DNA of 64,000 bases from an uncultured Planctomycetaceae bacterium (GTDB lineage: Bacteria > Planctomycetota > Planctomycetia > Isosphaerales > Isosphaeraceae), in assembly GCA_963833985.1 (NCBI GenBank), contig CAWIAD010000001.1, positions 3,072,001-3,136,000 on the forward strand, in the 5' to 3' direction. This document shows, in pieces, positions 1 through 10,699 of the stretch; the stretch's first letter is position 1; every line of letters begins with the position of its first letter. The notes beneath the pieces are model-generated. The model saw only the letters and a list, made by a program, of their open reading frames with translations, was not told the origin of the DNA and made no database searches. Both the position numbers and the translations under genes were made by a program.

Positions 1-2875
1 TGCGCTGGCGCCGTGGTCGCTGATCTCGGCCGCCACCTTGTACCCTTCAAGCACGTGCTGGAGCGACTGCACGCGAATGCCGAAACGCTCGGCGGTACGC
101 AGCAGCATGAGGATCTCGTCGCTGCGGTAGCAGTGGCTATGAATCTTGATCGAGCCCTCGACAATCTTGCCCAGCGCTTCCAGCCTGAGGTCCCTGCGCG
201 GGGGCGGACCGGCCTTGTCGCCGGCTTTGTTCACGGCATCGTCGTACCGCTTCCATTCGGCCAGGTAAGCCTTGCCTTCCTCGAACGCGCGCTCGATGAC
301 CGACTCCACGCCCATCCGGGAGTTGGGGAACCGCCCCGGCACACGCGTGACGTTCTCTCCGAGGGCAAACTTCACCCCTTGTGGCGCGTCGCGGAGGATC
401 AGCTCCCGGCCCGGCTTGCCGTAGCGCAGCTTGATCACCGCATCCTGGCCGCCAATGGTATTCGCCGAGCCGTGCAGCAGACGGGCCGCGGTCGTTCCTC
501 CGGCCAGTGCCCGATAGATCGACACATCATCGCCGGTGACCACATCTTTGACCCTGACCTCGGGGACGATGGACAGCGTTGCCTCGTTGACGCCGCCCTG
601 GATGGCGATATGCGAATGGGTATCGATGATCCCGGGCATGGCGACAAGTCCCTGCGCCTCGATCACCGTCACGCCCGGCCCGGCCTTCACGTCCTTGCCC
701 ACGGCCGCGATCTTGCCGTGCTCGATGAAGATGGAGCCGCGGTCGATCGTTCCCTGCGTGACGGTCAGGATCGTTGCGTCCTTGATCAGCACGCTGCCGC
801 CGGTCTTCAGCCTGGGCGTGCGGTCCGCGTCGAACTCGGTGGCCACGTCGATCAGGGGCCTGGGCGCCGTTTTCTCCGCCGGTTTGTCGGACGGTTTCTC
901 CGCCGGTGCGTCGGACGGCCTGGCTGCGGGAGCCGGCTTCGAGGGGCCCGCGGGTTCGCTCTGCTTCTGGGCGGCCGCGTCTGCCCTGGTCTTCTCATCC
1001 GGCTTCGAGCCGGGCTTCGACGCGTCAGCCTGAGCGGGATTCACAGCTTCCTTCTTCGCCTCAGTCTGCGACGCATCAGCCTGCGGAGGCTTCACGCTTT
1101 CCTTCTTCGGCTCCGCCTGAGACGCGTCACCTCGAGAGGGCTTCACACTTTCCTTCTTCGCCTCCGCGGGAGTGTTGTCCCTGGGCGGAGCGGCGGGTGG
1201 CCTTGGCGCGGGCCGCGGCTCGCTTTCGGCGCGCGGTCCGCGCCCGGTTCCCTGGCCCGTCCGTCCCGGTCCGCCGGGTCCGCCGGGCCTGGCCTCGCCG
1301 CGCGGGCCGGCCCCACCACCGCGTCGCGCTCCGGGACGAGCCTCGGCGGCGCCAGCGTCCGGCGGCTTGACCTCGAACTTCAGGCCGTCGACCAGCACGA
1401 GCTTCGCTCGGGCCGCCTCGTCCTGGAAGGCGGCCGTGAACGCCACCACGTGACCTAGCTTGCCGGGCTCCAGCGTGCCCAGCCTGCGATCCACGCCCGC
1501 GATCCTGGCGGCCTGGACCGTCAAGGCCGATAGCGCCTGGTCGGCCGTCAGTCCGTGCGCGATCAGCGCGCGCAACTGGGCCGGAAACGTGTCCAGCCGC
1601 TCCAGTCCCTCGGTGGCCAGCGCGAAGGGAATGCCCGCCTTCACCAGCGCCGCGGCCGTGGCGACCTGCTCTCTCCAGATCTCGCGGCGATGCACCAGCA
1701 GTTTCAGAGCGTCTTCCCGCTCGAGGGCCGGGCGATTGCGATACTCCTCCTCGGTGGGCACCTTGGGTTCCTCGGCAAAGCTCATGGGCAAGACGACCGC
1801 GACATGCTCTGCCTTGAGCCGGTCGCTCACCTTGGCGGCCTCGCGGCCGCCGACGATCACCGCCGTGGTGCCGAATTCGGCCGCCAAGTCGAGCGCGCGG
1901 TGAATCTCGTCGCGCGTCTCGGCCTGCCACCATACGGGCAGCTTCTTGTTCCGTGCCCGCCACAGCGCCTCGAGCGCAGGGTCAAAGGGCGCGCGCACGG
2001 AGCCGCCGTCCTGATCCAGGGTGATCAGCTTCTGGTGATACTCGGAGTCAAGCATGGCCTGCCGCAGGTGGGCCACAACACCCATCAGCGCGGGGATACG
2101 GGTTCTCGGTGCCGCCCGGCTCGGCGGCCTGCCGGCGCCGGAACTGGCCCTGAGGCACTTGCGGCTGTCCCGGTGCGGCCGCGCCTGCGCCATCGGTTGG
2201 CTGCGAGAGATGGATGCGCAGCGCGACGGGCGCCTTGATCAGGGCCTCGCGGCGTGGCAGGCCGCTCAAGCTCACCAGTGCGCTCTGGCCCGTTGCGATG
2301 GCTCCTCCAGGGGCGGAGAGGAAGTCGGTGAACCCCAGCCTGCGCCGGGGCTCTGCAAGGGCCTCGTTCAGCTCCAGGGCCCCGGCCGCCTCGAATTCCG
2401 GGGTCAACCCGCGGCGATTGTCGGCCGGCGTGGCGGCCAGGGGAGACTCGCCCAGGTCAACCGGGCGCCCACGTCCGGTCGCCGAGCGTTCGACGCCGGG
2501 ACGCTGGCCGATCGTGGTGAACAGGTCGATGAAGCCGGGGTAGACCACCAGCCCCTTGCCGTCGACCACCTCCGCGTCGAAGGGCACCGTGACCTCCCTG
2601 GCTGGCCCGACCGCCTCGATCACCCCGCGCCGGACCACGATCGTTCCCGGCTCGAAGACCTTCCCGGGTGCCGCGATGATCTTCGCATCACGGATGGCGT
2701 ATGCGATCGGGTACCCGTCGCGCGGCCGCGCCGGGTCGTCGTCGCCCCGCGCCGTCGTGATCACCGGCCGGCCGGCCGCAAGCCATGCCATCGTCATCAG
2801 CAATGACACGGTGTAAAGCAAGAAGCGGCCCAGCGCTGCCGCGGAACGCGAGACGGGACGGGAGGATCGTCGCAT
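1..2875 (-). CDS. Secreted protein with two tandem amidohydrolase-superfamily domains; 3' end runs off the window; apparent frameshift near 2085
   Basis: ORF 2048..2926 gives the N-domain (AIRDAKIIAAPG...VVYPGFID). The frame antisense to 1555..2238/13..1458 continues LMGVVAHLRQ...LGTLEPGK, a Pro/Lys linker, then PGIIDTHSH, LLHGSANTIGGQ, KFALGENV and IHSHCYRSDE. Confidence 0.8.
1019..1171 (-). repeat. 3 x 51-bp imperfect tandem repeat encoding a 17-aa E(A/P)KKE(S/A)V(K/N)P...DAS linker
   Basis: Units start GACGC(G/A)TCA at 1019, 1070 and 1121 and share TTCCTTCTTCG. Confidence 0.85.
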
Positions 2876-3306
2876 GGTGAAGGTCGCTCCGGATCGAATT
2901 CCAGCGGAGTGCCGGCACAGTGGCACCGGCCTGGTGGACGAGCGGAAACCGGGATCGGGCGGGAGAGGTTACGCCCGGGCAGACGTGCCTGTCTGCACCG
3001 GAATGCTACCAGAGATTGGACCCAACATGGCCTCAGCCATCAAGCCCCGACTCCGCTCACTCCCTGGAATGGCGTCTTTTCTCGGTTCGATGGACCGGGT
3101 TCTCATGGAACCTGGCCGTCTCGGTCTGTCGCACGCGCCCGGTTCGGTCTCCGATCCGCCCACGCCAGCCTGACTGCGCACCGGTCATGCCCCCGTTTCT
3201 TGTGGCCAGCCGGCACCCGGCCACGACAGAATGGACGTCCCGTGAGACACTTTCAGTCTTTCTCTCACAGCAACCCACACACTCCTTCAAAACGTCGGGA
3301 GGTACC

Positions 3307-5126
3307 ATGAGCGTCGACGAGGCACAGAAATGCGCGGTTCGAGGGCGGGCATGCCGAGGTCCGGCCGAGCTGGCGGTCGCTCTGGCGGCATGCCTGCTGC
3401 TCATGGGTTCCGGGCACGCCGAGGACGTGTGGACCTACCACAATGACAACCTCCGCACAGGCGTGAACCCCGCCGAGACCGAGCTCACGCCCGAGCGGGT
3501 CAGGACCGCGTTCGGCCGACTCTTCTCCCGCACGGTCGACGGCTACGTCTATGCCCAGCCGCTGTTCATGCAAGGCATCGAGGTCATGGGCCAGGGGAAG
3601 CACAACGTCGTGTTCATCGCCACGCAGCACGATAGTGTCTATGCGTTCGACGCCGATGCGGCCCCGCCTGCCGGCTCCGCGCCGCTCTGGATGGCTCGTT
3701 TTGTCGATCCCGCGAACAGGATCACCACGGTTCCCGCCAATCGTACGGAACGGGAGGGCCCCAATGACCTGGGTCCTTGCCACTGCGTGGACATCGTTCC
3801 AGAGATCGGTATCACGGGCACTCCCGTCATCGACCGTGCTTCCGGAACGCTCTACGCGGTGGCCAAGACCAAGGAGATCTACGGCGGCCATACGCACTAC
3901 GTCCAGCGGCTGCACGCCCTTGACATCCGTGATGGCTCCGAGAGGTTCGGCGGCCCCGCCACGATCGCCGACACCATCAGCGATGACGGCAAGACATTCC
4001 AGTATGTTCAGGGACCCACCGTGCCGGGAACCGGCGAGAGCAACGATGGCAACGGCCACGTGTACCTCAATGCCCTGCGCGAGAACCAGAGGCCGGGCCT
4101 TGCCCTTGCGCGCAGAGCACAGGGGGAAAGATGCGCAAGGTCGTCTATGTTGCCTGGGCATCGCACTGCGACACCGCCCCCGCGCATGGTTGGCTCGTCG
4201 GCTATGACGGCGCCAGCCTGGAGGTCGCGGGCGTCTTCTGCACCACGCCCAACGCCACATCCTCGCGAACCTGCTTGCCCGACGATTTCGCCGCGGGCGG
4301 CATCTGGCAGTCCGGAGGCGCCCCCGCGATCGACGCCGCGGGTGCCATCTACTTTTCCACAGGAAACGGCGTCTTTGATCCACTCGATGCCATGGGATTC
4401 CCACGCTCGGGAGATTACGGCGATTCGGTCCTGAAACTGGTGGCCGACGCCTCCACCGCCGCCGCCCCGAACGTGGGCGGATGGGGACTGAAAGTGGCCG
4501 ATTATTTCACGCCCTTCGACCAGAACACCATGGAGGAGCGCGATGCCGACCTGGGGTCCGGCGGAGTTGTTCTGGTGAACGATCAGCCCGTGCCGGGAAA
4601 GCAGATCGTGCTCGCCGCCGGCAAGGAGGGAACCATCTACGTGCTCGACTCCGCGAACATGGGTAAGTTCCATGCGGGCGACAACAGCCAGATACTCCAG
4701 TCGCTGCCGGCCGCCACTCACGCGGTCTTCGGCACGCCCGCCGTCTTCCAGGGCAGGGTTTACTATCTCGCTTCCCGCGACATGCTGAAGGCGTTCCAGA
4801 TCAAATCCGGGATGCTCTCGCCCTGGAACCCCACGCAGCAGAACCAGGTTTTCCAGTTCCCCGGCGCGACGGTGAGCATCTCTTCCCAGGGTGCGGCCCA
4901 TGGCATCGTCTGGGCCCTGCGCACCGACAGTTACAGCACGGTGGGCGGGCACGTCTCGCTGTACGCCTTCGGCGCCGACGATCTGAAACCTCTCTACAAC
5001 AGCGATGCGACACCCAACCAGGGGCTCCCCGGCGGGGCCGTCAAGTTCGCCGTCCCGACCGTGGCCAACGGCAAGGTCTACTTCGGCACCCAGTCCACGC
5101 TCGAGGTCTTCGGCCTCTTGAAATGA
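3307..5126 (+). CDS. Secreted PQQ-binding-like beta-propeller protein; frameshift near 4120-4130
   Basis: Signal peptide, then VWTYHNDNLRTGVN, VDGYVYAQPL, IGITGTPVID, ENQRPGL. Continues in ORF 4131..5126 with GGIWQSGG, DADLGSGG, AGKEG and KFAVPTVANGKVY. Confidence 0.8.
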
Positions 5127-5207
5127 CTGCACGACCCGAGAGAGCTACGGGCGCATCAAACCGCTTCTGAGGACCGGCCCGTCGGCCTGGTCCCATCCTC
5201 CCCAGGC

Positions 5208-6512
5208 CTATTCGTTCGCGGACTTCTCGAGCTCCTGGATCTCCTCCCGGACCTGGTAGATCAGGTCCGGGCGATGCAGCCTCGGGAGGATGTCCTTCAG
5301 CACTTTCAAGGCACCCGGCGGGTCGTCCTGGTCGTCTCGCTTCAGTTCGGCCAGTAGCCGGGCAGCGCGGCACAGCGGGAACTCCGAGGTCTCGGCGGCC
5401 AGGGCTGCCCGCAGCAGCTGCTCGCCCTTGTCCGCATGATCGTCGCCGCGCAGGTCCTGCACCCGCCGCTCGCGAACCACCACCCGGGCCATGAGCGGCA
5501 GTGCGGGTTCGCCAGCCAGCTTCGCCAGCATCTCTCCAAACGCGCCGTCGTCCGGCAGGGCGTCCTCAAGCTGGTCCAGCAGTCCAGCCAGCTCATCCTC
5601 GGAATCGCCCAGCGACTTCCGGAGCGTTGCGATGAGCAGATCGCGCGACCGCCCGGACTGGTGCTCGCGGGCGAGCATTGCGGCAGCACGGAGGGTCAAG
5701 TCCAGCCGATCGCTCCGGTCCAGGTCCGGAAAATCCGCATCGAGCGCCTCGATCGACCGCAGCGCCGCCTCGCTGCGCCCCGACCGCAGGGCGCGCAGGG
5801 CCTCAAGGATCCGCCGCCAGCCGGCCGCCTCGGCATCGTCCGGCCGGAACCAGCGGTCCATCCAGCGATCGGCCTCCGCGTAACGCCCCAGCGCGATGCA
5901 GCAATAGGCGCCGGCGTAGTGCACCTCGGCGATGCCGGAAAAATCGGCTGCCTGCTCGACCATCCGCTGGCAGTAGGGAAGGCAGGCGGCGTAGTCTTTT
6001 CTGTCGTCGAAGAGCACGTCGATGATCTGCATCGTGGCCTCGGCCCTCCATACCGAATCTCCGTGCTTCTGGACCAGCTCATTCCAGACCTCCAGCGCGT
6101 GGGAGTCGTCCTCGAGCCCCCGGTAGGCGTGACCAAGCTGGAGCAGGGCGTCGTCGGCCCATGTGTCGGCCGCCAGCTCGGTCCGGAACGGCGCCAGCTC
6201 CTCGACCGCCCCGTCAAACTCCTCGGACTTCACCAGGCAATACCCGGTCCAGAACCGCGCCTCGCGGCCGCGCGGGTCTTCCGGGTGTTCCCGGCGGAAC
6301 TCGCGGAACTTCGCGACGGCCTCGGACCAATCCTCCCGCTCGGAAAGCGATTTCGCCACGGCGAAGCGAGCCGCGGCCGCGGCCGAGCCCGCGGGCGGTG
6401 GATCTTTCTCGTTCCCACTCAGTCCTGCCGCCAGTAACGTTGCCGGCCCTGGCCCCAACTCCCCCGCCGGTGCCACTGCGAGCAGGGCGACGACCAACCA
6501 CGATCGCTTCAT
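5208..6512 (-). CDS. Exported tetratricopeptide-repeat protein (BamD/YfiO-like TPR pattern)
   Basis: MKRSWLVVALLAVA signal peptide; TPR-like EARFWTGYCL, ADDALLQLGHAY and EVHYAGAYC. Confidence 0.7.
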   Translation of the reverse strand: MKRSWLVVALLAVAPAGELGPGPATLLAAGLSGNEKDPPPAGSAAAAARFAVAKSLSEREDWSEAVAKFREFRREHPEDPRGREARFWTGYCLVKSEEFDGAVEELAPFRTELAADTWADDALLQLGHAYRGLEDDSHALEVWNELVQKHGDSVWRAEATMQIIDVLFDDRKDYAACLPYCQRMVEQAADFSGIAEVHYAGAYCCIALGRYAEADRWMDRWFRPDDAEAAGWRRILEALRALRSGRSEAALRSIEALDADFPDLDRSDRLDLTLRAAAMLAREHQSGRSRDLLIATLRKSLGDSEDELAGLLDQLEDALPDDGAFGEMLAKLAGEPALPLMARVVVRERRVQDLRGDDHADKGEQLLRAALAAETSEFPLCRAARLLAELKRDDQDDPPGALKVLKDILPRLHRPDLIYQVREEIQELEKSANE

Positions 6513-6556
6513 CTCTGGATCTCCTGCGACATTGCGGACCAGTTCCGCACGCCATC

Positions 6557-7189
6557 TCAGGCGCCTGGTGGGACGGATCGGACGGTGCGCGCGTGCCTTG
6601 CCATGCGGCTCCGCCCGCCAGGGCCCGGCTGCTTCAGGAAGGCCAGGGGCTCGAGCCGCGCCGCGCGGTCTGGATTTGTGTTGGCCAGCTCGATGGCGAG
6701 CATCTCGACGGAGGGTGGACGCTTTCCCGGCCGTGTCCGCGCCAGCACCAGCGCGCTCATCGCGGGATCCGCCCGGTCCGATCCGCAGTTGGCCCACTGG
6801 TACAGGGCGATCTCCGGGCCGGCAAGCCGCGGCCCCGAGGCCAGGAGATGCCGCCTGGAAGCCAGGGCAGGGGCCTTGATTTCCGACGGCCGTGAAAGAA
6901 CGGCTCCCGAAGGACTTCTTTGTGATGGACGGGACAGAACCAGAATCGCCGCCAGGCCGGCAGCGGCCGCCAGCACTCCAGCCGCGACCACAGCCAGCCC
7001 GCGCCGTGAACCGCGCCACGCCACGCCGGGGCGGTGGCGACGGGCCAGGCCGCGGAGCACGGCCAGCCGGTCCAGGTAACGCTGTGCGTCCTCGCTCTCC
7101 GCGGCGAGATCGGCCGTCTCGGCGTGCCGTGTTGCAGGCAGCTCGCCGTCGAAGTATTGCTCCAGGGTGAAGCGCAGCTCGTCGTTCAT
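6557..7189 (-). CDS. Putative membrane-anchored anti-sigma factor
   Basis: LEQYFDGEL N-terminal anti-sigma-like segment, one TM helix, ATGA overlap with the upstream sigma gene. Confidence 0.65.
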   Translation of the reverse strand: MNDELRFTLEQYFDGELPATRHAETADLAAESEDAQRYLDRLAVLRGLARRHRPGVAWRGSRRGLAVVAAGVLAAAAGLAAILVLSRPSQRSPSGAVLSRPSEIKAPALASRRHLLASGPRLAGPEIALYQWANCGSDRADPAMSALVLARTRPGKRPPSVEMLAIELANTNPDRAARLEPLAFLKQPGPGGRSRMARHARTVRSVPPGA

Positions 7190-7830
7190 GGCAGCCGCTC
7201 CTCGATCTGCTCCTTGAGATCTTCCAGCAGCCGGGCGCGGGCCCGGTGCAGCCGGCTCATCACGGTTCCCAGCGGGCAGCCCAGCGCCTCGGCCACCGCC
7301 TGGTAGCTCAGACCCTCCGCCTCATGCATCAGGAACACCGCGCGCTGTTCCGGAGAGAGCCGCCCAAGCGCCTGCTCGTAGGCCCGGACCAGCGCGGTCT
7401 CGCTCAGCCCCGGCCGGGACGCCAGGGCGGCACCGGCCTGTTCGGAAAGCGGCACCATCCTGCGCCTCTGAGCGGTGCCTCGGTGCGTCAGGTTGATGGC
7501 GATCCGCGTGATCCAGGTACTCACGCGGCTTTCGCCGCGGAACCGGCCGAACCCGCGCCAGGCGCGGAGGTAGGTCTCCTGCACCACGTCGTCCACGTCA
7601 CAGCCGCGCAGGCCGAGCCGGCCAAGGAACCGACGCAGCCCAGGCTCGGAGCGTTCCACGATCCGCGCGAACCGGTCTGGATCGCTCGCGGAGCCATCAC
7701 CGGACGGGCACACCGGCTCTCCCATCAGCGCGTCTCCCGGACCGTCAGCCATGACCACTGGCCCGGGCCATCCGCACGAATGGAGCCGGCCGCCAGATCG
7801 TAGCAATCTGACCCCCTCATCGTGCCGCAT
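7186..7830 (-). CDS. ECF RNA polymerase sigma factor
   Basis: DDVVQETYLRAW, STWITRIAIN and region 4 LSYQAVAEALGCPLGTVMSRLHRAR; GGAGG precedes ATG 7830 (start uncertain). Confidence 0.9.
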   Translation of the reverse strand: MRHDEGVRLLRSGGRLHSCGWPGPVVMADGPGDALMGEPVCPSGDGSASDPDRFARIVERSEPGLRRFLGRLGLRGCDVDDVVQETYLRAWRGFGRFRGESRVSTWITRIAINLTHRGTAQRRRMVPLSEQAGAALASRPGLSETALVRAYEQALGRLSPEQRAVFLMHEAEGLSYQAVAEALGCPLGTVMSRLHRARARLLEDLKEQIEERLP

Positions 7831-7898
7831 CGGACCCCCTCCGGGAAGGGAGCAATCGAGCGAGAGTGGAACGAAGCAAGCGGCAGAGGCCTGAACCC

Positions 7899-8807
7899 TC
7901 AAGCGTCGTCGTCATCGTCATCGTCATCGTCGTTCGCCTCGACGTCGATCGACTTGCCGTCCGCCGACACCGAGACCGTGACCCCTTTGCCTTCCTTGTC
8001 TTCGCCCTCCAGCTCGTAACTGGTGACGACCTGCCGGCAAACGGAGGCGGCCGAGCCGGGCTGGAAGGTTGGCAGCCTTTCCTTGAGCGCATTCGAGATC
8101 GCTGCCGGCACGTCCTCGATTTCCAGCTCGGTGCGGATTGATCCATCTCCGTTCTCGTCGATCAGTGCCGTCACGTCGTGCTCCTGCGCGTCGCTGCCCG
8201 CGGCCTCGAACGTCGTCTCCTCGCCCACCTTGCGGACGGCCTTGTTCCACGTCACCCCGGAGACCGATTTCACCAGCTCGGCCAGCGGATGTGGCAGGTT
8301 CTTCAAATCCAGGGCGGTTTCCACCGACGCCACGTGTAGCTTCAGCTCCACCGCGACCTCCACGGCGGCTCCCTTCGCGTCGGTGCCCTTGAGGGTGTAG
8401 GTCGTCTCCTCCTCGTCCTCCTCGGTCCGGATGACGGCCTCCGACCACGTCGCGCCGGGAACGGCCTTCTCGGCCTGAGATCGCACGCCCGCAGGTAGCT
8501 CCGCAAGCGCCTCGTGGCCGAGACTGATTTCCAGGGACTGCACCTTCCCCTCGGCGGAGATCTCCACCTGGGCCTCATGTCCCCGGGGGTTGGTCCCTTC
8601 CAGACGGTAAACGGCGCCGTCGTCCTCGGTCTCCTTCACCGCTTCGGTCCATTTCGCGCCGGGGAGGGCCTTGTCGGCCGCCTGTCGCACCGCCGCCGGC
8701 ACCTCGGCCACCTCGAGGCGCTGGTCATCGTCATCCCGGGCGCCGCCCAGGCCCATCAGTCCGAGCACGCAGATCATGGATAAGGCTCCGGCACACGCCG
8801 CTGACAT
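7899..8807 (-). CDS. Exported PepSY-like repeat protein with poly-Asp tail
   Basis: AAGGAG RBS; signal peptide; about 4 internal repeats (vPaaVr..a...PG..W.EA....Y.L.G....G..V.V); ends NDDDDDDDDA. Confidence 0.65.
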   Translation of the reverse strand: MSAACAGALSMICVLGLMGLGGARDDDDQRLEVAEVPAAVRQAADKALPGAKWTEAVKETEDDGAVYRLEGTNPRGHEAQVEISAEGKVQSLEISLGHEALAELPAGVRSQAEKAVPGATWSEAVIRTEEDEEETTYTLKGTDAKGAAVEVAVELKLHVASVETALDLKNLPHPLAELVKSVSGVTWNKAVRKVGEETTFEAAGSDAQEHDVTALIDENGDGSIRTELEIEDVPAAISNALKERLPTFQPGSAASVCRQVVTSYELEGEDKEGKGVTVSVSADGKSIDVEANDDDDDDDDDA

Positions 8808-9052
8808 GGTCTGTCTCCTTTTTGAAAGGGACTCCTTCTCACTCGCCATCGAAGAGTCGTGAGCTTGGAGCCGCGGGCGTGTCGATTATTCCGCCACATC
8901 GAAAAAGAATCGACAGTCGCTACGGCGGATCGGACGGGAGGACGGCGCACCAGGTACATTCGACAGGATGCTACCGGTCCGCGGCTGCCGGCACAGGGGC
9001 CGCAACGGGGTCACGGCCCGTGCGGCTCCGGCCGGGACGGGTCGTCAGGCCC

Positions 9053-9436
9053 TCATGTGCGCCGGGCGGGCTCGCCGGTGGGCGGAAACGCGTAGACCAC
9101 AATTCGATGGCCGTCGCTGTCACTCAGCTCGATAGCCTCTCCCCAGCCCATCGATTGCTCGCCAAAGTTCCGGATGCCGCTGGCCGAAAGGTGGGCCTTC
9201 ATGGCCGCCATGTCATCCACTTCAAAACCCAGCTCGATCGTGCGCGAGGGCTCCGCGCCGGTGGCCTTCGGAGGCGTGGCAAGGGTGACGTCGCACCCGT
9301 CCGAGCGTAGGTACACGAAGTCCGGCGGATGGGACCGGTCGGGATCCTCGACCATGCCGAACGCGTTCAGGTACAGTTTTTTTGAATACTGGGGGTTGGC
9401 GACCTGCAGGTTGATCGTCGCGAGCCTGATGTTCAT
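9053..9436 (-). CDS. VOC/glyoxalase family protein
   Basis: MNIRLATINLQV, IELGFEVDD and WGEAIELSDSDGHRI; GGAGG RBS. Confidence 0.8.
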   Translation of the reverse strand: MNIRLATINLQVANPQYSKKLYLNAFGMVEDPDRSHPPDFVYLRSDGCDVTLATPPKATGAEPSRTIELGFEVDDMAAMKAHLSASGIRNFGEQSMGWGEAIELSDSDGHRIVVYAFPPTGEPARRT

Positions 9437-9489
9437 GGCGGCCTCCGGCGGGAGCGGGCGTGGGCGGTTTCGCTCTCCACGCGGACATC

Positions 9490-10367
9490 TTACGCGACAG
9501 GGTCCGGCCCGTCTTGAACGAACGCGACATCGTGCGCTGCCAGCCACGCTTTCCTTGCCGCGCAGTCACGGGCGAACCGGGCCGGCGTCATGCCGCTGTA
9601 CCTGCGGAATGGCGGGTCATGTGCGGCTGGTCCGCATAGCCGGCCTCATGGGCCAGCCGGGACAGGTCCGTGTCCGGGTCGTTCCAGATCGCGTCGCGCA
9701 CCTGCTGGAACCGAGCGAGGCAGGCAAGCTGCCTGGGCGACGTTCCCGTGAGCCTGCGGACTTGCCGCTCGAGCTGTCGGCCGGATGTCGCGCGTTCGCC
9801 GGCGACCGCAGCGGTCGGGCGCCGCAACGGACCCAGAAAGGGCCCGACCATCCGATCGCCGGGAGTCGCGCGTCCGAGCCGCTCGACGAGCACCTCGTCG
9901 AAAACACCGGTGAGGGAAATCCAGTCGCAGCGCTGGACTCGCTTCAGGATGTCCGCACGCCGGGAGCCGAACACGTCACTCGCGTCCAGCCAGCCACGGG
10001 CGGGAACCTTGAGGTCCCGAGCGTCCGGCGCGAAGGTCCCGAGTGTCCAGGCGTAAATCCGGGCGGCCATGCAGTGGACGACACCAGCCGCCTCGAACCG
10101 AAGCGGCTCCGTGAGCAGCCCCACCAGGAAGCAGGCCGGCAGCCTCTCCCTGCCTCCCTCGCCCACTGCGTAGAGTTCCTCAGCACAGCAGACCAGCTCG
10201 CCGTAGCAATCCGGCGTGATCGTGAGCCCGCCCATCGCCGCCAGGTCGCGGGCACTCGCCCAGTATTCCACCACGAACGGCCGGAGCACGGGGTGCGGCT
10301 GGCAACTGAACCGTCCCACGGCCGGCGCTGGCTTCCCGGTTGCCTCGTGCGAGACCTTTCTCGTCAT
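9490..10367 (-). CDS. AraC-family transcriptional regulator; frameshift near 9610
   Basis: PHPVLRPFVVEYW, ITPDC, RQLERQ and LAHEAGYADQPHMTR; adding one T gives HFRRYSGMTPARF...VAFVQD and a stop at 9490. Confidence 0.8.
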
Positions 10368-10699
10368 CAAAGAATTGCCCCCCGACAATTGTCGCGGTCC
10401 CCGTGATTCGCCGTCTGCTCCGACCCCATGGTATACAGACGAGGCGGAATGAGTGTCCGGGAGGGCGCTGCATGGCCCAAGGTCAGTTGTCACCCGGCTC
10501 TCAAGCGCCTCGCAACCCCTATCGATGTCATTCTGCAAGCATACTTTGTTTCTGCCCGCAAGCCATTTCAGCATTCCCCATCGAAGGTGATAAGATCTTG
10601 GCGGTGCGCGGCGATCCCGCCAGGACCAGGCCCGCGTGTATTTGGAGGCGGCGATCTGCCGGGAACGGGATCGGAGTACACGTGCCGGCCTGACGATCA

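Noticed and set aside
1019..1171. Possible CRISPR-like array
   Set aside because: Contiguous in-frame 51-bp coding repeats with no unique spacers and no cas genes.
13..1458. Long plus-strand ORF, and similar antisense ORFs (26022..28337, 43786..45687, 49631..51490)
   Set aside because: Codon-aligned shadows of real opposite-strand genes, common at high GC; no motifs of their own.
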